Below, piece after piece: positions 45,480 through 55,694 of a stretch of DNA of 64,000 nt. The notes beneath the pieces were generated by a model. The model worked only from the letters and a program-made list of their open reading frames with translations, had not been told where the DNA came from and did no database searches. The stretch's first letter is position 1, and every line of letters starts with the position of its first letter. Source of the DNA: Nitrosomonadales bacterium (GTDB lineage Bacteria > Pseudomonadota > Gammaproteobacteria > Burkholderiales > Gallionellaceae); contig JACQFX010000017.1 in assembly GCA_016199835.1 (NCBI GenBank), forward strand, positions 18,577-82,576, in the 5' to 3' direction. A program made the translations under genes and the position numbers.

Positions 45480-46360
45480 GCGCCAGTCAGTCGCCGCAGG
45501 GCTTCGTGATATTTATCCGAAGTTTTTTGCAGCACGTCGGCTGGCGCTTCGGGCGCGGGCGGTTGTTTGTTCCAGCCCGTACTCTCCAGCCAGTCGCGCA
45601 CGAATTGTTTGTCATAGCTGGGCGGGTTGCTGCCTGTCTGGTATTGGTCGGCAGGCCAGAAGCGCGAAGAGTCGGGCGTGAGCGCCTCGTCTATCAGATA
45701 CAGCTTGCCCGCCGCATCCGTGCCGAATTCGAACTTGGTATCGGCAATGATAATCCCCTTGGTCGCGGCGTAATCGGCGGCCTCGGTGTACAGCGCCAGT
45801 GTGGCTTTTTTAACTTCTTCGGCGCGAGCCTCGCCCAGCAGCTTTTTCGCTTCTTCAAACGAGATGTTCTCGTCGTGCTCGCCCACTGCCGCCTTGGTAG
45901 AGGGCGTGAACAAAGGCTGCGGCAGTTTCTGCGCTTCCTGCAAACCGGCGGGCAAAGCGATGCCGCACACCGCGCCGGTTTTCTTGTAATCCTTCCAGCC
46001 GGAGCCGACCAGATAGCCGCGCACAATGGCCTCAATGGGCAGGGGCTTCAGGCGCTTCACCACGAAGGCACGACCCGCAACCTGCGCGCGGTCGGCCTCG
46101 GTTTTCACCACGTCTTTGGGCGCGATGCCGGAGAGATGGTTGGGAATGATGTGGCCGAGCCTGGCGAACCAGAAGTTGGACAGCGTGGTGAGTATCTGCC
46201 CCTTGCCCGGCACCGGGGTCGGCAGAATCACGTCGAATGCGGACAAGCGGTCGGTCTGCACGATCAGCAGATGCTGGTCGTCCACTTCGTAAATATCGCG
46301 CACCTTGCCACGGTGCAAAAACTTCAGGCTGGTCAAACTGGATTCGTGCAGTGCGGCCAT
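45476..46360 (-). CDS. purC: Phosphoribosylaminoimidazole-succinocarboxamide (SAICAR) synthase
   Basis: [15 protein letters not shown] and ADTKFEFG motifs. 294-aa long-form PurC. Confidence 0.93.
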   Translation of the reverse strand: MAALHESSLTSLKFLHRGKVRDIYEVDDQHLLIVQTDRLSAFDVILPTPVPGKGQILTTLSNFWFARLGHIIPNHLSGIAPKDVVKTEADRAQVAGRAFVVKRLKPLPIEAIVRGYLVGSGWKDYKKTGAVCGIALPAGLQEAQKLPQPLFTPSTKAAVGEHDENISFEEAKKLLGEARAEEVKKATLALYTEAADYAATKGIIIADTKFEFGTDAAGKLYLIDEALTPDSSRFWPADQYQTGSNPPSYDKQFVRDWLESTGWNKQPPAPEAPADVLQKTSDKYHEALRRLTGA

Positions 46361-46375
46361 AGAGAACCTCGTAAT

Positions 46376-46867
46376 TTAAAGAGCAGGCAGCGTCGTTGCC
46401 GCGATTTGCTCCGCCTGTTTTTTGCGATAGTCAGCCAACTTCTGCGCCAGTCCCGCATCGTTCGATGCCAGCATGGAAACGGCAAACAGCCCGGCATTCG
46501 CTGCGCCCGCTTCGCCTATGGCGAAAGTGGCGACCGGAATGCCTTTGGGCATCTGCACGATAGACAGCAGAGAATCCACGCCCTTGAGATACTTCGAGGG
46601 AATGGGCACGCCCAGCACCGGCAGCGTGGTCTTGCCTGCAATCACGCCGGCCAGATGTGCCGCGCCACCCGCGCCGGCAATAAAACACTGTACGCCCTGA
46701 GCGTGCATGTCCCTGATGTAGTCGAACAGCAGGTCGGGCGAGCGGTGCGCGGAAATCACACGGGCGTCGAACGCCACGCCGAAATCCTGCAATGCGCGTG
46801 CGGCCTGTTGCATGATCTCCCAGTCATTGGCGCTGCCCATCACGATGGAAACGAGTGGCTTGCCCAT
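46376..46867 (-). CDS. purE: N5-carboxyaminoimidazole ribonucleotide mutase
   Basis: VSIVMGSANDW, SAHRSP and AGGAAHLAGV motifs. Confidence 0.95.
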   Translation of the reverse strand: MGKPLVSIVMGSANDWEIMQQAARALQDFGVAFDARVISAHRSPDLLFDYIRDMHAQGVQCFIAGAGGAAHLAGVIAGKTTLPVLGVPIPSKYLKGVDSLLSIVQMPKGIPVATFAIGEAGAANAGLFAVSMLASNDAGLAQKLADYRKKQAEQIAATTLPAL

Positions 46868-46869
46868 GA

Positions 46870-47871
46870 CTATGCCTCTTTGTGATACCCGACGATGCGC
46901 TCGACTTCGTTCTTCGAGCCGAGGATCACCGGCACGCGCTGGTGCAGGCCGTTGGGTTTCAGTTCCATGATGCGTTCGCGGCCGGTCGAGGACATGCCGC
47001 CAGCCTGTTCCACGATGAAGGACATCGGGTTGGCTTCATACATCAGGCGCAGCTTGCCCGGCTTGCCCGGATCCTTGGTGTCGAACGGATACATGAAGAT
47101 GCCGCCGCGCGTCAGGATGCGGTGCACTTCCGCCACCATGGATGCCACCCAGCGCATATTGAAATTCTTCTCGCGTCCGCCGTCCTTGCCTTTCACGCAT
47201 TCTTCCACGTAGCGCTGCACGGGCTTTTCCCAATAGCGCTGGTTGGACATGTTGATGGCGAATTCCTGCGTATCGGCGGGAATGGTCATGTTGGGGTGGG
47301 TCAGGAAGAAGTCGCCTACGTCGCGATCCAGCGTGAAACCGTTTACGCCGTGGCCGGAAGTGATGACTATCATGGTGGCCGGGCCGTATAGCGCATAGCC
47401 CGCGCATACCTGCCTGGTGCCGGGCTGCATGAAGTCTTCGGCGGTCGGGTTGGTTACGCCTTCCGGACAGCGCAGGATGGAGAAGATGGTGCCGACGGAA
47501 ATGTTCACGTCGATGTTGGATGAGCCATCCAGCGGATCGAAGGTGATCAGGTACTTGCCCTTGGGATATTTCGCCGGGATCGGATAGATGTCGTCCATTT
47601 CTTCGGACGCCATCGCGGCGAGGTGACCGCCCCATTCGTTGGCCTTGATGAACACTTCGTTGGTGATGATATCCAGCTTCTTCTGGGTTTCGCCTTGCAC
47701 GTTTTCGCTGCCCGCGCTGCCCAGCACGCCGATCAGCGCGCCCTTGTTCACGTCATGCGCGATTTGTTTGCACGCGGAAACGATGTCGCTAAGCAGGCCG
47801 GTGAAGTCGCCGGTGGCGCCTGGAATCTGTCTTTGTTCTTCGATAATGAATTGCACCAAACTCTTGCTCAT
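46870..47871 (-). CDS. fbp: Fructose-1,6-bisphosphatase class 1
   Basis: [24 protein letters not shown] and [13 protein letters not shown] motifs. The ATG at 47871 follows a GAGAGAGAGG Shine-Dalgarno sequence. Confidence 0.93.
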   Translation of the reverse strand: MSKSLVQFIIEEQRQIPGATGDFTGLLSDIVSACKQIAHDVNKGALIGVLGSAGSENVQGETQKKLDIITNEVFIKANEWGGHLAAMASEEMDDIYPIPAKYPKGKYLITFDPLDGSSNIDVNISVGTIFSILRCPEGVTNPTAEDFMQPGTRQVCAGYALYGPATMIVITSGHGVNGFTLDRDVGDFFLTHPNMTIPADTQEFAINMSNQRYWEKPVQRYVEECVKGKDGGREKNFNMRWVASMVAEVHRILTRGGIFMYPFDTKDPGKPGKLRLMYEANPMSFIVEQAGGMSSTGRERIMELKPNGLHQRVPVILGSKNEVERIVGYHKEA

Positions 47872-48035
47872 GTAAACCTCTCTCTCGATCACTCAGGAAT
47901 AAAATTTTCAAAAGCGGGATTTTACCCTTTTTCCGGGCCACCCTCTACGCAGCATTTGGCTTTACCAAAAGTTTCTGCACTTCAGTTATGGTTTTTTGCT
48001 AGATTGTGAGCTTTATTGCGTGCTTCATTCTTGTC

Positions 48036-48305
48036 ATGATTAACCCGCGCACTGTACTGTTATTCAAAAACCTGTCAGACAAGTACCCGCGTTTGCTGGA
48101 GCGGGACTTCCCTTACGTATTAAATCGCCTGATGCAGTTGTGGGCCACGCCAGAATTCGAACCGTATATGCATGATTTGCTAATCAGCAAGCGTGGCAAG
48201 CGGGAGGGTTTTCCGCTTGGCGTGCTGGAGGAACTGGTATTCCTGAACGGGCTACACGAAGCCTGCAAGCGCAAGGGGCATTCCCTGCCCGATGTAGATA
48301 TTTGA
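48036..48305 (+). CDS. Small hypothetical protein
   Basis: 89-99 aa ORF (ATG 48036 or GTG 48006) in an otherwise empty gap divergent from fbp. I recognise no domain. Confidence 0.45.
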   Translation: MINPRTVLLFKNLSDKYPRLLERDFPYVLNRLMQLWATPEFEPYMHDLLISKRGKREGFPLGVLEELVFLNGLHEACKRKGHSLPDVDI

Positions 48306-48352
48306 CTGCTGATTGCAACCGCAAGAATTCGGCACGGGCAGCCGGTCTCTCT

Positions 48353-49093
48353 TCAAGCTTCCGCCAACCAGATAAATGACCCCATTCTTCCCGTTGCACC
48401 ATCGCGGCGGTAAGAAAAGAAGCGGGAATGGTCGGAGTAGGTGCACAGGCCGCCGCCGTAGATGCGATTGATGCCGAGTGCATTCAAGCGCAAACGCGCG
48501 AGTTCATAGATGTCGGCATACCATTTACCGGCCACGCCTGGAACGAAAGCCGCAGCAGCCTGTGACTGCCGCGCGACGAAAGCCGCACGCACTTCATCGC
48601 CCACTTCAAATGCCTGCGGCCCGATGGCCGGACCCAGCCAGGCCATGAGGTTGCCTGGTGGCGAGTTCATGGCGCGCACAGCTTGCTCAATCACCCCATC
48701 GCATAGCCCGCGCCAGCCCGCATGGACTGCTCCCACCACACTACCTTCGTCGTCGCACAGCAATACCGGCAAGCAGTCCGCCGTCATCACCACGCACACT
48801 GCGCCCGCATGAGTGGCGATGCATGCGTCGGCCTGCGGTGTGCATTGGGGCGTGCCTGTATCCACCGCCACAGTCCCATGCACCTGGTTCAGCCACACCG
48901 GCTCGTTCGGCAACAATGGCGCAAGCAATTGGCGGTTGCGCGCGACAGCCAGCGGCACATCGCCGACGTGACTGCCGAGGTTCAGGCTGCTGTAAGGTGC
49001 CGCACTTGCTCCGCCGTTGCGCGTGGTCTGCAAGGCCCTGACGTTCCCCGGGGCTGGCCAGTCGGGGGTGATGATGTGCTCAGGCAGGCTCAT
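48353..49093 (-). CDS. pgeF: Peptidoglycan editing factor PgeF (YfiH, laccase-domain protein)
   Basis: The ATG at 49093 gives 246 aa with QVHGT, ADCLPVL and HAGWRG motifs. The upstream 118 codons overlap rluD and were discarded. Confidence 0.88.
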   Translation of the reverse strand: MSLPEHIITPDWPAPGNVRALQTTRNGGASAAPYSSLNLGSHVGDVPLAVARNRQLLAPLLPNEPVWLNQVHGTVAVDTGTPQCTPQADACIATHAGAVCVVMTADCLPVLLCDDEGSVVGAVHAGWRGLCDGVIEQAVRAMNSPPGNLMAWLGPAIGPQAFEVGDEVRAAFVARQSQAAAAFVPGVAGKWYADIYELARLRLNALGINRIYGGGLCTYSDHSRFFSYRRDGATGRMGSFIWLAEA

Positions 49094-50078
49094 GTGCGGC
49101 TTCCCTGATATGTCGCAGCAACTGCGCCATATCATCCGGCAATGGCGCATGCCATTCCATCCATACGCCGCTGACCGGATGCTCCAGCCCGAGCAGGGTT
49201 GCATGCAAGGCCTGACGCGGGAAAGCGCCAAGGATCGCACGCAGTTGCGGCGCACATTTCTGTGCGCCCTTGATATACGTGCTGTCGCCGACCAGGGGAT
49301 GACGCAAGGAGGCGAGATGCACGCGAATCTGGTGGGTGCGCCCGGTCTCCAGCTTGCAACGCAACAGGGTGCAGCCCTGCCCCAGACCGGTTGCAGTAGC
49401 GGGAAAGCGCTCCTCCACGCTGTAATGCGTGATGGCTGGTTTACCATCTTCGACTATCGCCATCCTGGTGCGCTGCGTGGGGTGGCGTCCCATGGGCGCA
49501 TCCACCGAGCCGTTGCGGTTCACCTCGCCATAAGCCAGCGCCAGATATTCGCGATGCACGGTACGCGCCTGCAATTGTCGCACCAGCGCGGTTTGTGCGG
49601 TCAGCGTCTTGGCCACCACCAGCAAGCCGCTGGTGTCCTTGTCCAGCCGGTGCACAATACCGGCACGCGGCACCTCGCCGAGTTGCGGTGCGTGGTGCAG
49701 CAGGGCATTGAGCAGCGTGCCTTCCCAGTTGCCGCTGCCGGGATGCACCACCAGCCCGGCGGGTTTGTTGATGACGATGATGCTGTCATCCTCGTACACG
49801 ATCTCAAGCGCGATATCCTCGGCCTGGTGCGGCTGTTCGGCTGGATGGGATTGCGGCGTAACGGCTATAGCCTCGCCGCCCCACATCTTCTGCTTGACCG
49901 TGGCATTCGCATTATCGACTTTGACCTGACCCTGCGTAACCCATTCTTGCAGGCGGCTGCGTGAGTAGTCCGGCAACAGTTTGGCCAGCACCTGATCCAG
50001 GCGCATCCCGGCGCATTCGCCCGGCACCTTGAACGCAAGCGGGGTATAATCGGCCGATATTTTTCTGGATTCAGTCAT
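49080..50078 (-). CDS. rluD: 23S rRNA pseudouridine synthase RluD
   Basis: S4 domain (GMRLDQVLAKLLPDYSRSRLQEWV) and catalytic HRLDKDTSG. Conserved rluD-pgeF pair. Confidence 0.93.
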   Translation of the reverse strand: MTESRKISADYTPLAFKVPGECAGMRLDQVLAKLLPDYSRSRLQEWVTQGQVKVDNANATVKQKMWGGEAIAVTPQSHPAEQPHQAEDIALEIVYEDDSIIVINKPAGLVVHPGSGNWEGTLLNALLHHAPQLGEVPRAGIVHRLDKDTSGLLVVAKTLTAQTALVRQLQARTVHREYLALAYGEVNRNGSVDAPMGRHPTQRTRMAIVEDGKPAITHYSVEERFPATATGLGQGCTLLRCKLETGRTHQIRVHLASLRHPLVGDSTYIKGAQKCAPQLRAILGAFPRQALHATLLGLEHPVSGVWMEWHAPLPDDMAQLLRHIREAAHEPA

Positions 50079-50871
50079 GCGCCATAGTTTAGCTTTAATT
50101 CTGCTGCTTACGTTAACTGCGTGCGGTACATTCCAGTCGGCGGAAGAAAAAGAGAAGAATATACCCGTCGAGCAGCTTTACGCCGATGCCATGGAGGAAA
50201 TGGAGAACCATAATTACGAAAAGGCGGTAACGCAATTCGAGAAGTTGCAATCGCGTTATCCCTATGGCCGCTATGCGCAGCAGGCGCAACTGGAAACCGC
50301 GTATGCCTATTACAAGCAGAAAGAGCCGGAATCTGCGCTGGCCGCCATCGACCGCTTCATCAAGCAATATCCCAATAATGCGCATGTGGATTACGCTTAT
50401 TACATGAAGGGCTTGATCAATTTCAACGAGGATCTCGGCCTGTTGGGCGGTGTGGTGAAGCAGGATCTTTCTGACCGCGACCCGAATTCCGCGCGCGACG
50501 CCTTCGATGCCTTCAAGGATCTGGCGACACGTTTTCCCGACAGCCAATATGCGCCCGATTCCCGCTTGCGCATGCAATACCTGATCAATGTGCTTGCACG
50601 CTATGAGATACATGTGGCGGAGTTTTACCTGCGCCGGGGCGCCTATGTGGCTGCGGCCAGCCGCGCCAAGGGCGTGCTCAGCAGTTATGCGCAAACCCCT
50701 GCCTCGCGCGATGCCTTACGCATCATGGTACAGGCTTATGCTGCGATGGGCATGAACGACTTGCGCGACGATGCGCAGCGCGTGCTGGACCGGAATGTGG
50801 AAAAAGATCTGGCGGCGGGCATCGTGGCTGCACCGCAAAGCGCAAAACCATGGTGGCAGTTCTGGAAATAG
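50077..50871 (+). CDS. bamD: Outer membrane protein assembly factor BamD
   Basis: Lipobox LTACG. TPR-like YEKAVTQFEKLQSRYPYGRYAQQAQLETAYAYYK. Divergent from rluD, as in many proteobacteria. Confidence 0.9.
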   Translation: MRHSLALILLLTLTACGTFQSAEEKEKNIPVEQLYADAMEEMENHNYEKAVTQFEKLQSRYPYGRYAQQAQLETAYAYYKQKEPESALAAIDRFIKQYPNNAHVDYAYYMKGLINFNEDLGLLGGVVKQDLSDRDPNSARDAFDAFKDLATRFPDSQYAPDSRLRMQYLINVLARYEIHVAEFYLRRGAYVAAASRAKGVLSSYAQTPASRDALRIMVQAYAAMGMNDLRDDAQRVLDRNVEKDLAAGIVAAPQSAKPWWQFWK

Positions 50872-50883
50872 GATGGGACGCCG

Positions 50884-51435
50884 ATGAAATTCTGTAGCGA
50901 ATGTGGCGCACCGGTCGAGCTGCGGTATCCACCCGACGACAATCGCGAGCGCCATGTTTGCACGGCTTGCGCCACCATCCATTACCAGAATCCCAAGCTC
51001 GTGATTGGCGCCATCCCGGAATGGGAAGATGGTCGCATCCTGTTGTGCCGCCGCGCCATTGAACCGCGCCACGGGCTGTGGACGCTGCCTGCGGGATTCA
51101 TGGAGAACAACGAAACCACTGCCGAAGCCGCTGCGCGCGAGACTCTGGAAGAAGCCAATGCCCGCGTCGCTATCGGCGAACTGTATTCGATGTACAACTT
51201 GCCTTACATCAGCCAGGTGTATCTGCTATTCCGCGCGCGCCTGCTCGACCTGAATTTTTCGCCCGGCACAGAAAGCCTGGAAGTCGAATTATTTGCAGAG
51301 CAGGACATCCCGTGGGATGAGCTTGCATTCCGCCCGGTGCTGTATACCCTGCAACACTATTTCGCCGACCGCAAGGCGGGCCATTTCAAATTTTACTCTG
51401 ACGACCTGCTGGCGCCGATGCGCCAGCAGCCCTGA
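50884..51435 (+). CDS. NUDIX hydrolase with N-terminal zinc ribbon
   Basis: CSECG...CTAC zinc ribbon, then Nudix box GFMENNETTAEAAARETLEEA. Confidence 0.85.
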   Translation: MKFCSECGAPVELRYPPDDNRERHVCTACATIHYQNPKLVIGAIPEWEDGRILLCRRAIEPRHGLWTLPAGFMENNETTAEAAARETLEEANARVAIGELYSMYNLPYISQVYLLFRARLLDLNFSPGTESLEVELFAEQDIPWDELAFRPVLYTLQHYFADRKAGHFKFYSDDLLAPMRQQP

Positions 51436-51492
51436 CCTTTCGCAAGAACAGTGTTCCGCCTATAATTTTATTAAAACAACCTGTCTTTTCCC

Positions 51493-52338
51493 ATGTCTGT
51501 TATCCGCATCCTTCTGTTACTCGCCACCAGCTTCGCTTTGGGCGGCTGCGCCTCGACGCATAACAATCCGAAAGACCCGTTCGAGTCGTTCAATCGCGGC
51601 GTGTACAAGTTCAACGATGCACTGGATAAAGCCATCATCAAGCCAGCGGCGAAAGGTTATACCGCCGTGGTGCCGGCGCCGGGCAGGATGATGGTAACCA
51701 ATTTCTTTTCCAATATAGACGATGTCGTCGTCACCGCCAACGATCTGTTGCAACTCAAGGTAAAGCAGGCCGTTGCCGATTGCGGGCGCTTCGTGGTGAA
51801 CTCCACAGTGGGGCTGTTCGGCCTGGCTGACGTTGCCACAGCATTGGGATTGGAGAAACACAAAGAAGACTTTGGCCAGACTCTCGGTTTCTGGGGCGTA
51901 GGCAACGGCCCTTATATGGTTCTGCCCATACTCGGCCCCAGCACCTTGCGCGATAGCATCGGCGATCTTGCAGACAGCAATCTGGGTGTGGTTAACCAGA
52001 TCGAGCAAGTAGACACACGCAACCAGTTGTTGGTGACGGATATGCTGAACCGCCGTGCCAAGCTATTGGATCGCGAGAGCCTGCTGGAAGAAGCCATGCT
52101 CGATCCTTATTCCTTCATCCGCGATGCCTATCTGCAACGCCGCTTGAACCAGGTGTATGACGGCAATCCGCCGCGCGAGAAATTCGATGACGAAGATGAC
52201 AGCAGCAAGCCGGATCAGCACTCTGCCAACGACCCGGCAGATTATGTACAGCCCGTCGCTGCCCGTGACGAACCGGCGCATTTTGGGGTGAGCCGGGTAT
52301 GGGTATCGCAACGACCGGGAAATATGCTGAATCCTTGA
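51493..52338 (+). CDS. mlaA: Phospholipid-binding lipoprotein MlaA (VacJ family)
   Basis: Lipobox ALGGC, then DPFESFNRGVYKFND and the VacJ-type core. Confidence 0.9.
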   Translation: MSVIRILLLLATSFALGGCASTHNNPKDPFESFNRGVYKFNDALDKAIIKPAAKGYTAVVPAPGRMMVTNFFSNIDDVVVTANDLLQLKVKQAVADCGRFVVNSTVGLFGLADVATALGLEKHKEDFGQTLGFWGVGNGPYMVLPILGPSTLRDSIGDLADSNLGVVNQIEQVDTRNQLLVTDMLNRRAKLLDRESLLEEAMLDPYSFIRDAYLQRRLNQVYDGNPPREKFDDEDDSSKPDQHSANDPADYVQPVAARDEPAHFGVSRVWVSQRPGNMLNP

Positions 52339-52358
52339 GCTTGAGCAGGGCCCAAGCC

Positions 52359-52388
52359 AAAAGGCTTGCATCGCTGCAAGCCTTTTTT
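52359..52388. terminator. Bidirectional rho-independent terminator between mlaA and htpX
   Basis: AAAAGGCTTGCA-TCGC-TGCAAGCCTTTTTT, with A and T tracts on both sides. Confidence 0.85.
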
Positions 52389-52391
52389 GCA

Positions 52392-53273
52392 TCAGCGTCC
52401 CGCGCGTAACGCGTCGATGCGTTCTTCCAGCGGCGGGTGCGTCATAAACAAACGGGACATCCCCTTGCCACCCGAGATGCCGAAGGCGGCCATCTTTTCC
52501 GGCAAGGCAGCCTGTTCGTGATTCATCTTCAGACGCTCCAGCGCGGCGATCATCTTGTTGCGACCCGCCAGCGAAGCACCGCCCGCATCGGCGCGGAATT
52601 CGCGCTGGCGCGAGAACCACATGACGATGATGCTGGCCAGCACGCCCAGCACCAGTTGCGCTGCAATCTCGGCGACAAAAGCGCCGATGCCAGGGCCGTT
52701 GCGCTCGTCGTTCTTGAGCAGCACGCGATCCACCAGAATTCCAAACAGCTTGGCGAAGAAAATCACGAAGGTATTGACCACGCCCTGGATCAAGGCCAGG
52801 GTCACCATGTCGCCGTTGGAAACATGGCTGATTTCGTGGGCCAGCACGGCTTCCGCTTCATCGCGGCTCATGCTGTGCAGCAAGCCGGTGCTCACTGCCA
52901 CCAGCGCGGCATTGCGGTTCCAGCCCGTGGCGAAAGCATTCACGTCCGGCGCGTCATAGATCGCCACTTCCGGCATGCCTATGCCCGCCGCATCGGCCTG
53001 CCTGCGCACGGTTTCCACCAGCCAGCGCTCGGTCGGGTCGATGGGGTTTTCGATGACCTGCGCACCCACCATCTGCTTCGCCGACCACTTGGACATCAGC
53101 AACGAAATAATCGAGCCGGAAAAACCGATCACCAGCGACATCACCAGCAGCGCATTGAAATTGATGCCGCCGCCCTGATTGAGTATGCGGTCCACGCCGA
53201 GCAGGCGCAGCGTGATGTTGATGACGAAAACCACCGCAAGGTTGGTCAGGATAAACAGGAAAATCCGTTTCAT
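52392..53273 (-). CDS. htpX: Zinc metalloprotease HtpX
   Basis: HEISHV zinc motif and HtpX N-terminal topology [14 protein letters not shown]. Confidence 0.93.
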   Translation of the reverse strand: MKRIFLFILTNLAVVFVINITLRLLGVDRILNQGGGINFNALLVMSLVIGFSGSIISLLMSKWSAKQMVGAQVIENPIDPTERWLVETVRRQADAAGIGMPEVAIYDAPDVNAFATGWNRNAALVAVSTGLLHSMSRDEAEAVLAHEISHVSNGDMVTLALIQGVVNTFVIFFAKLFGILVDRVLLKNDERNGPGIGAFVAEIAAQLVLGVLASIIVMWFSRQREFRADAGGASLAGRNKMIAALERLKMNHEQAALPEKMAAFGISGGKGMSRLFMTHPPLEERIDALRAGR

Positions 53274-53433
53274 GTACTTGTCTCCATCAAACTAAAAAGG
53301 CGGAGAAGTTTATCTTCTCCCCCGCGTAGCGATACATTGGGTCGGTAGCGGAAATTTTCAAGGTGCCGCGCGATCAATAAAACTTTGCGGCGAAATTGGA
53401 ACGCCCGCGATGGAAAAAGTTGCGAATCTGCGC

Positions 53434-53478
53434 TTGACTTTAGTTCTAGTTAGAACTTATGATGTACTAACTAGAACT
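53434..53478 (+). promoter_or_regulatory. Putative marR promoter (TTGACT-18-TATGAT) overlapped by inverted repeat AGTTCTAGTTAG-N13-CTAACTAGAACT
   Basis: -35 at 53434-53439 and -10 at 53458-53463. 12-bp arms at 53442-53453 and 53467-53478. The left arm is also part of a local palindrome AGTTCTAGTTAGAACT. Confidence 0.5.
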
Positions 53479-53490
53479 TGTTGAGCGACC

Positions 53491-53931
53491 ATGCCGCAAA
53501 AATCCTTCATCCCGGTGTTACGTGAACTTGCCCGCGCCTATCAGGAATTCGAATCCTTTTCGGCCAGCCACATCCGCACTCTTGGCCTCACGCCGTCGCA
53601 GTTCGACATCGTCGCCACGCTGGGCAACACGACAGGCATGAGCTTCAAGGAACTGGGCGAGAAAACCCTGATCACCAAGGGGACGCTCACCGGCGTGGTA
53701 GACCGCCTGGAAGCCAAGAGCCTGGTGCGTCGCGTCGCGTCGCCCAGCGACGGGCGCAGCCAGACCGTACAACTGACGCGCAAGGGCGAAGCGCTGTTCG
53801 CCAGAATATTTCCGGCCCACCTGGAACACGTGGCCCAGGCATTCACGGCTTTCTCGCAGGCAGACCTGGATGCTACGGCAACTACGTTACAGCGTTTGCG
53901 CGAAACACTTTTTGCAGCCGGCAACAAATGA
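53491..53931 (+). CDS. MarR family transcriptional regulator
   Basis: 146 aa with wHTH pattern LTPSQFDIVATLG...SFKELGEKTLITKGTLTGVVDRLEAKSLVRR. Confidence 0.88.
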   Translation: MPQKSFIPVLRELARAYQEFESFSASHIRTLGLTPSQFDIVATLGNTTGMSFKELGEKTLITKGTLTGVVDRLEAKSLVRRVASPSDGRSQTVQLTRKGEALFARIFPAHLEHVAQAFTAFSQADLDATATTLQRLRETLFAAGNK

Positions 53932-53960
53932 CATTCTTAACCACCACGAAAGGAAATACC

Positions 53961-54200
53961 ATGACACAAGCCGTATGCACGCAAAAATCTCCTTACGCAG
54001 TCGAACTCGAAGCGGGCGACCATTACTGGTGCGCGTGCGGCCGCTCGAAGAACCAGCCGTTCTGCGATGGCGGGCATTCCGGAACCGGCATCGAGCCGGT
54101 AAAATTCACCGTCACGCAAAAGGAAACCAAATACCTTTGCGGTTGCCGCACCGCAGCCGGCGGCTCCCCGTTCTGTGACGGCTCGCACAAGGCGCTTTAA
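53961..54200 (+). CDS. CDGSH-type iron-sulfur domain protein (two CDGSH motifs)
   Basis: CACGRSKNQPFCDGGH and CGCRTAAGGSPFCDGSH. The ATG at 53961 follows AAAGGA. Confidence 0.85.
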   Translation: MTQAVCTQKSPYAVELEAGDHYWCACGRSKNQPFCDGGHSGTGIEPVKFTVTQKETKYLCGCRTAAGGSPFCDGSHKAL

Positions 54201-54224
54201 ACAAACGGCCAGCAGGAGAATAAA

Positions 54225-55040
54225 GTGCAGGAATTGCTGAACCATCCCGCCGTACAAGGCGGCCTCGCGCCCTTCGTCGCCGCGCTGATCGTGGCGGAGT
54301 TGTTGCAGCGCCTGCGCCTGAGCGGCCTGGCAATCATCGCGGGATTCACCGCTACGGTCTATCTGGCGAGCGACTTTTCGTTCGAGCCGCTCACGGCGTC
54401 GCGCAAGATCGTGCTGCTGGGATTGGCTTCGGCGTTGCTCGCGCTGCCGCTGGGTTTTATCAAGGCCGACTGGCTGCGCCCGCTGCTCGCCGTGGCGGGC
54501 GGTGTCGCTGCGGTGTGGGTGATGCAACGCATTTTGCAACAACAGGAAGCCGCCTCGGTGGTACTGTGGGGCGTAGGCTGTTTGCTGTATGTGGGCTGGC
54601 TGGTGTTCTGGATGGATGGCTTGAGCGATTCCCCGGTGCGTGCCGGAAGTGCGGGTTTGGCGCTGGGTCTGGGTTCAGGCGGAGCCGCGCTGTTCGGCGC
54701 TTCCGCCCTGCTCGGCCAGTTCGGCCTGGCACTCGGTGCGGCAGCGGGCGCTTATCTCCTGATCCAGATGATCACCAATACCCCTTTGCCCTGTGGCCGC
54801 AGCTTCACGCTGCCGCTGTCGCTCATAGCGGGATCGGCCGCCGTGCTTGCCGTGCTCACAGCAGAATTGCCGTGGTATGCATTGGCGGCGCTGTCGCTCA
54901 TTCCGCTGGCGGCCAAAATCCCTGTGCCCGAGAAGCAAGGACTGTGGCTGCAATCCCTGCTGTTGTCCTTTATCACCCTGAGCTGCGCCGCCGGTGCGGT
55001 ATATCTGACCTGGCGCGTAGCCGGTGCGCCACCGCTGTAA
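54225..55040 (+). CDS. Hypothetical polytopic inner-membrane protein
   Basis: 271 aa, about 8 hydrophobic segments, GTG start. Sits between the CDGSH and yceI genes. Confidence 0.6.
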   Translation: MQELLNHPAVQGGLAPFVAALIVAELLQRLRLSGLAIIAGFTATVYLASDFSFEPLTASRKIVLLGLASALLALPLGFIKADWLRPLLAVAGGVAAVWVMQRILQQQEAASVVLWGVGCLLYVGWLVFWMDGLSDSPVRAGSAGLALGLGSGGAALFGASALLGQFGLALGAAAGAYLLIQMITNTPLPCGRSFTLPLSLIAGSAAVLAVLTAELPWYALAALSLIPLAAKIPVPEKQGLWLQSLLLSFITLSCAAGAVYLTWRVAGAPPL

Positions 55041-55075
55041 GCTGAATTTTCAACCCACTCTTTTAAGGAGAAACC

Positions 55076-55639
55076 ATGAAACGCAATGCCATTGCCATTT
55101 TGATCGCCGCAAGCCTGCCGCTGGCTGCTCACGCGGATTCCTATACGATCGATCCCCCTCACACTTTCGCGAACTTCAGCATCAGCCACATGGGCTTTTC
55201 TACCATGCACGGCCGCTTCGACAAGAGCAGCGGCAAAGTGACGCTGGATCGCGCCGCCAAGACCGGCTCGGTGGACATCGCCATTGAAACCGCGTCCGTC
55301 AGCACCGGTTTCGCCAAGCGCGACGACCACCTGAAGTCACCCGACTTTTTCAACGCCGCCGAGTTTCCCACCATCACCTACAAATCGAGCGCCGTGAAAT
55401 TCAAGGGCGACAACCCTGCCAGCGTGGAAGGCAACCTCACCATGGCCGGCGTGACCAAGCCGGTGACGCTGACCATAGACGCCATCAAGTGTGACACCAA
55501 TCCGATGAACAAGAAGTATGAATGCGGCGTGGATGCCAGCGCGCAGATCAAGCGCTCGGACTTCGGCGTGAAATACGGCCTGCCCGGCGTGGGCGACGAC
55601 ATCAAGCTGGTGTTCGAAGTGGAAGCGTATAAAGACTGA
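55076..55639 (+). CDS. yceI: YceI family periplasmic polyisoprenoid-binding protein
   Basis: Signal peptide, then YTIDPPHTFANFSISHMGFSTMHGRF and the YceI lipocalin-like pattern. Confidence 0.9.
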   Translation: MKRNAIAILIAASLPLAAHADSYTIDPPHTFANFSISHMGFSTMHGRFDKSSGKVTLDRAAKTGSVDIAIETASVSTGFAKRDDHLKSPDFFNAAEFPTITYKSSAVKFKGDNPASVEGNLTMAGVTKPVTLTIDAIKCDTNPMNKKYECGVDASAQIKRSDFGVKYGLPGVGDDIKLVFEVEAYKD

Positions 55640-55657
55640 TACGTTTATGTGCAATAA

Positions 55658-55687
55658 ATAAAGGCAAGCCTGACAGCTTGCCTTTAT
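55658..55687. terminator. Bidirectional rho-independent terminator (convergent yceI / SUKH gene)
   Basis: 12-bp stem ATAAAGGCAAGC-CTGACA-GCTTGCCTTTAT, flanked by A/T-rich runs. Confidence 0.8.
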
Positions 55688-55694
55688 TTACATC

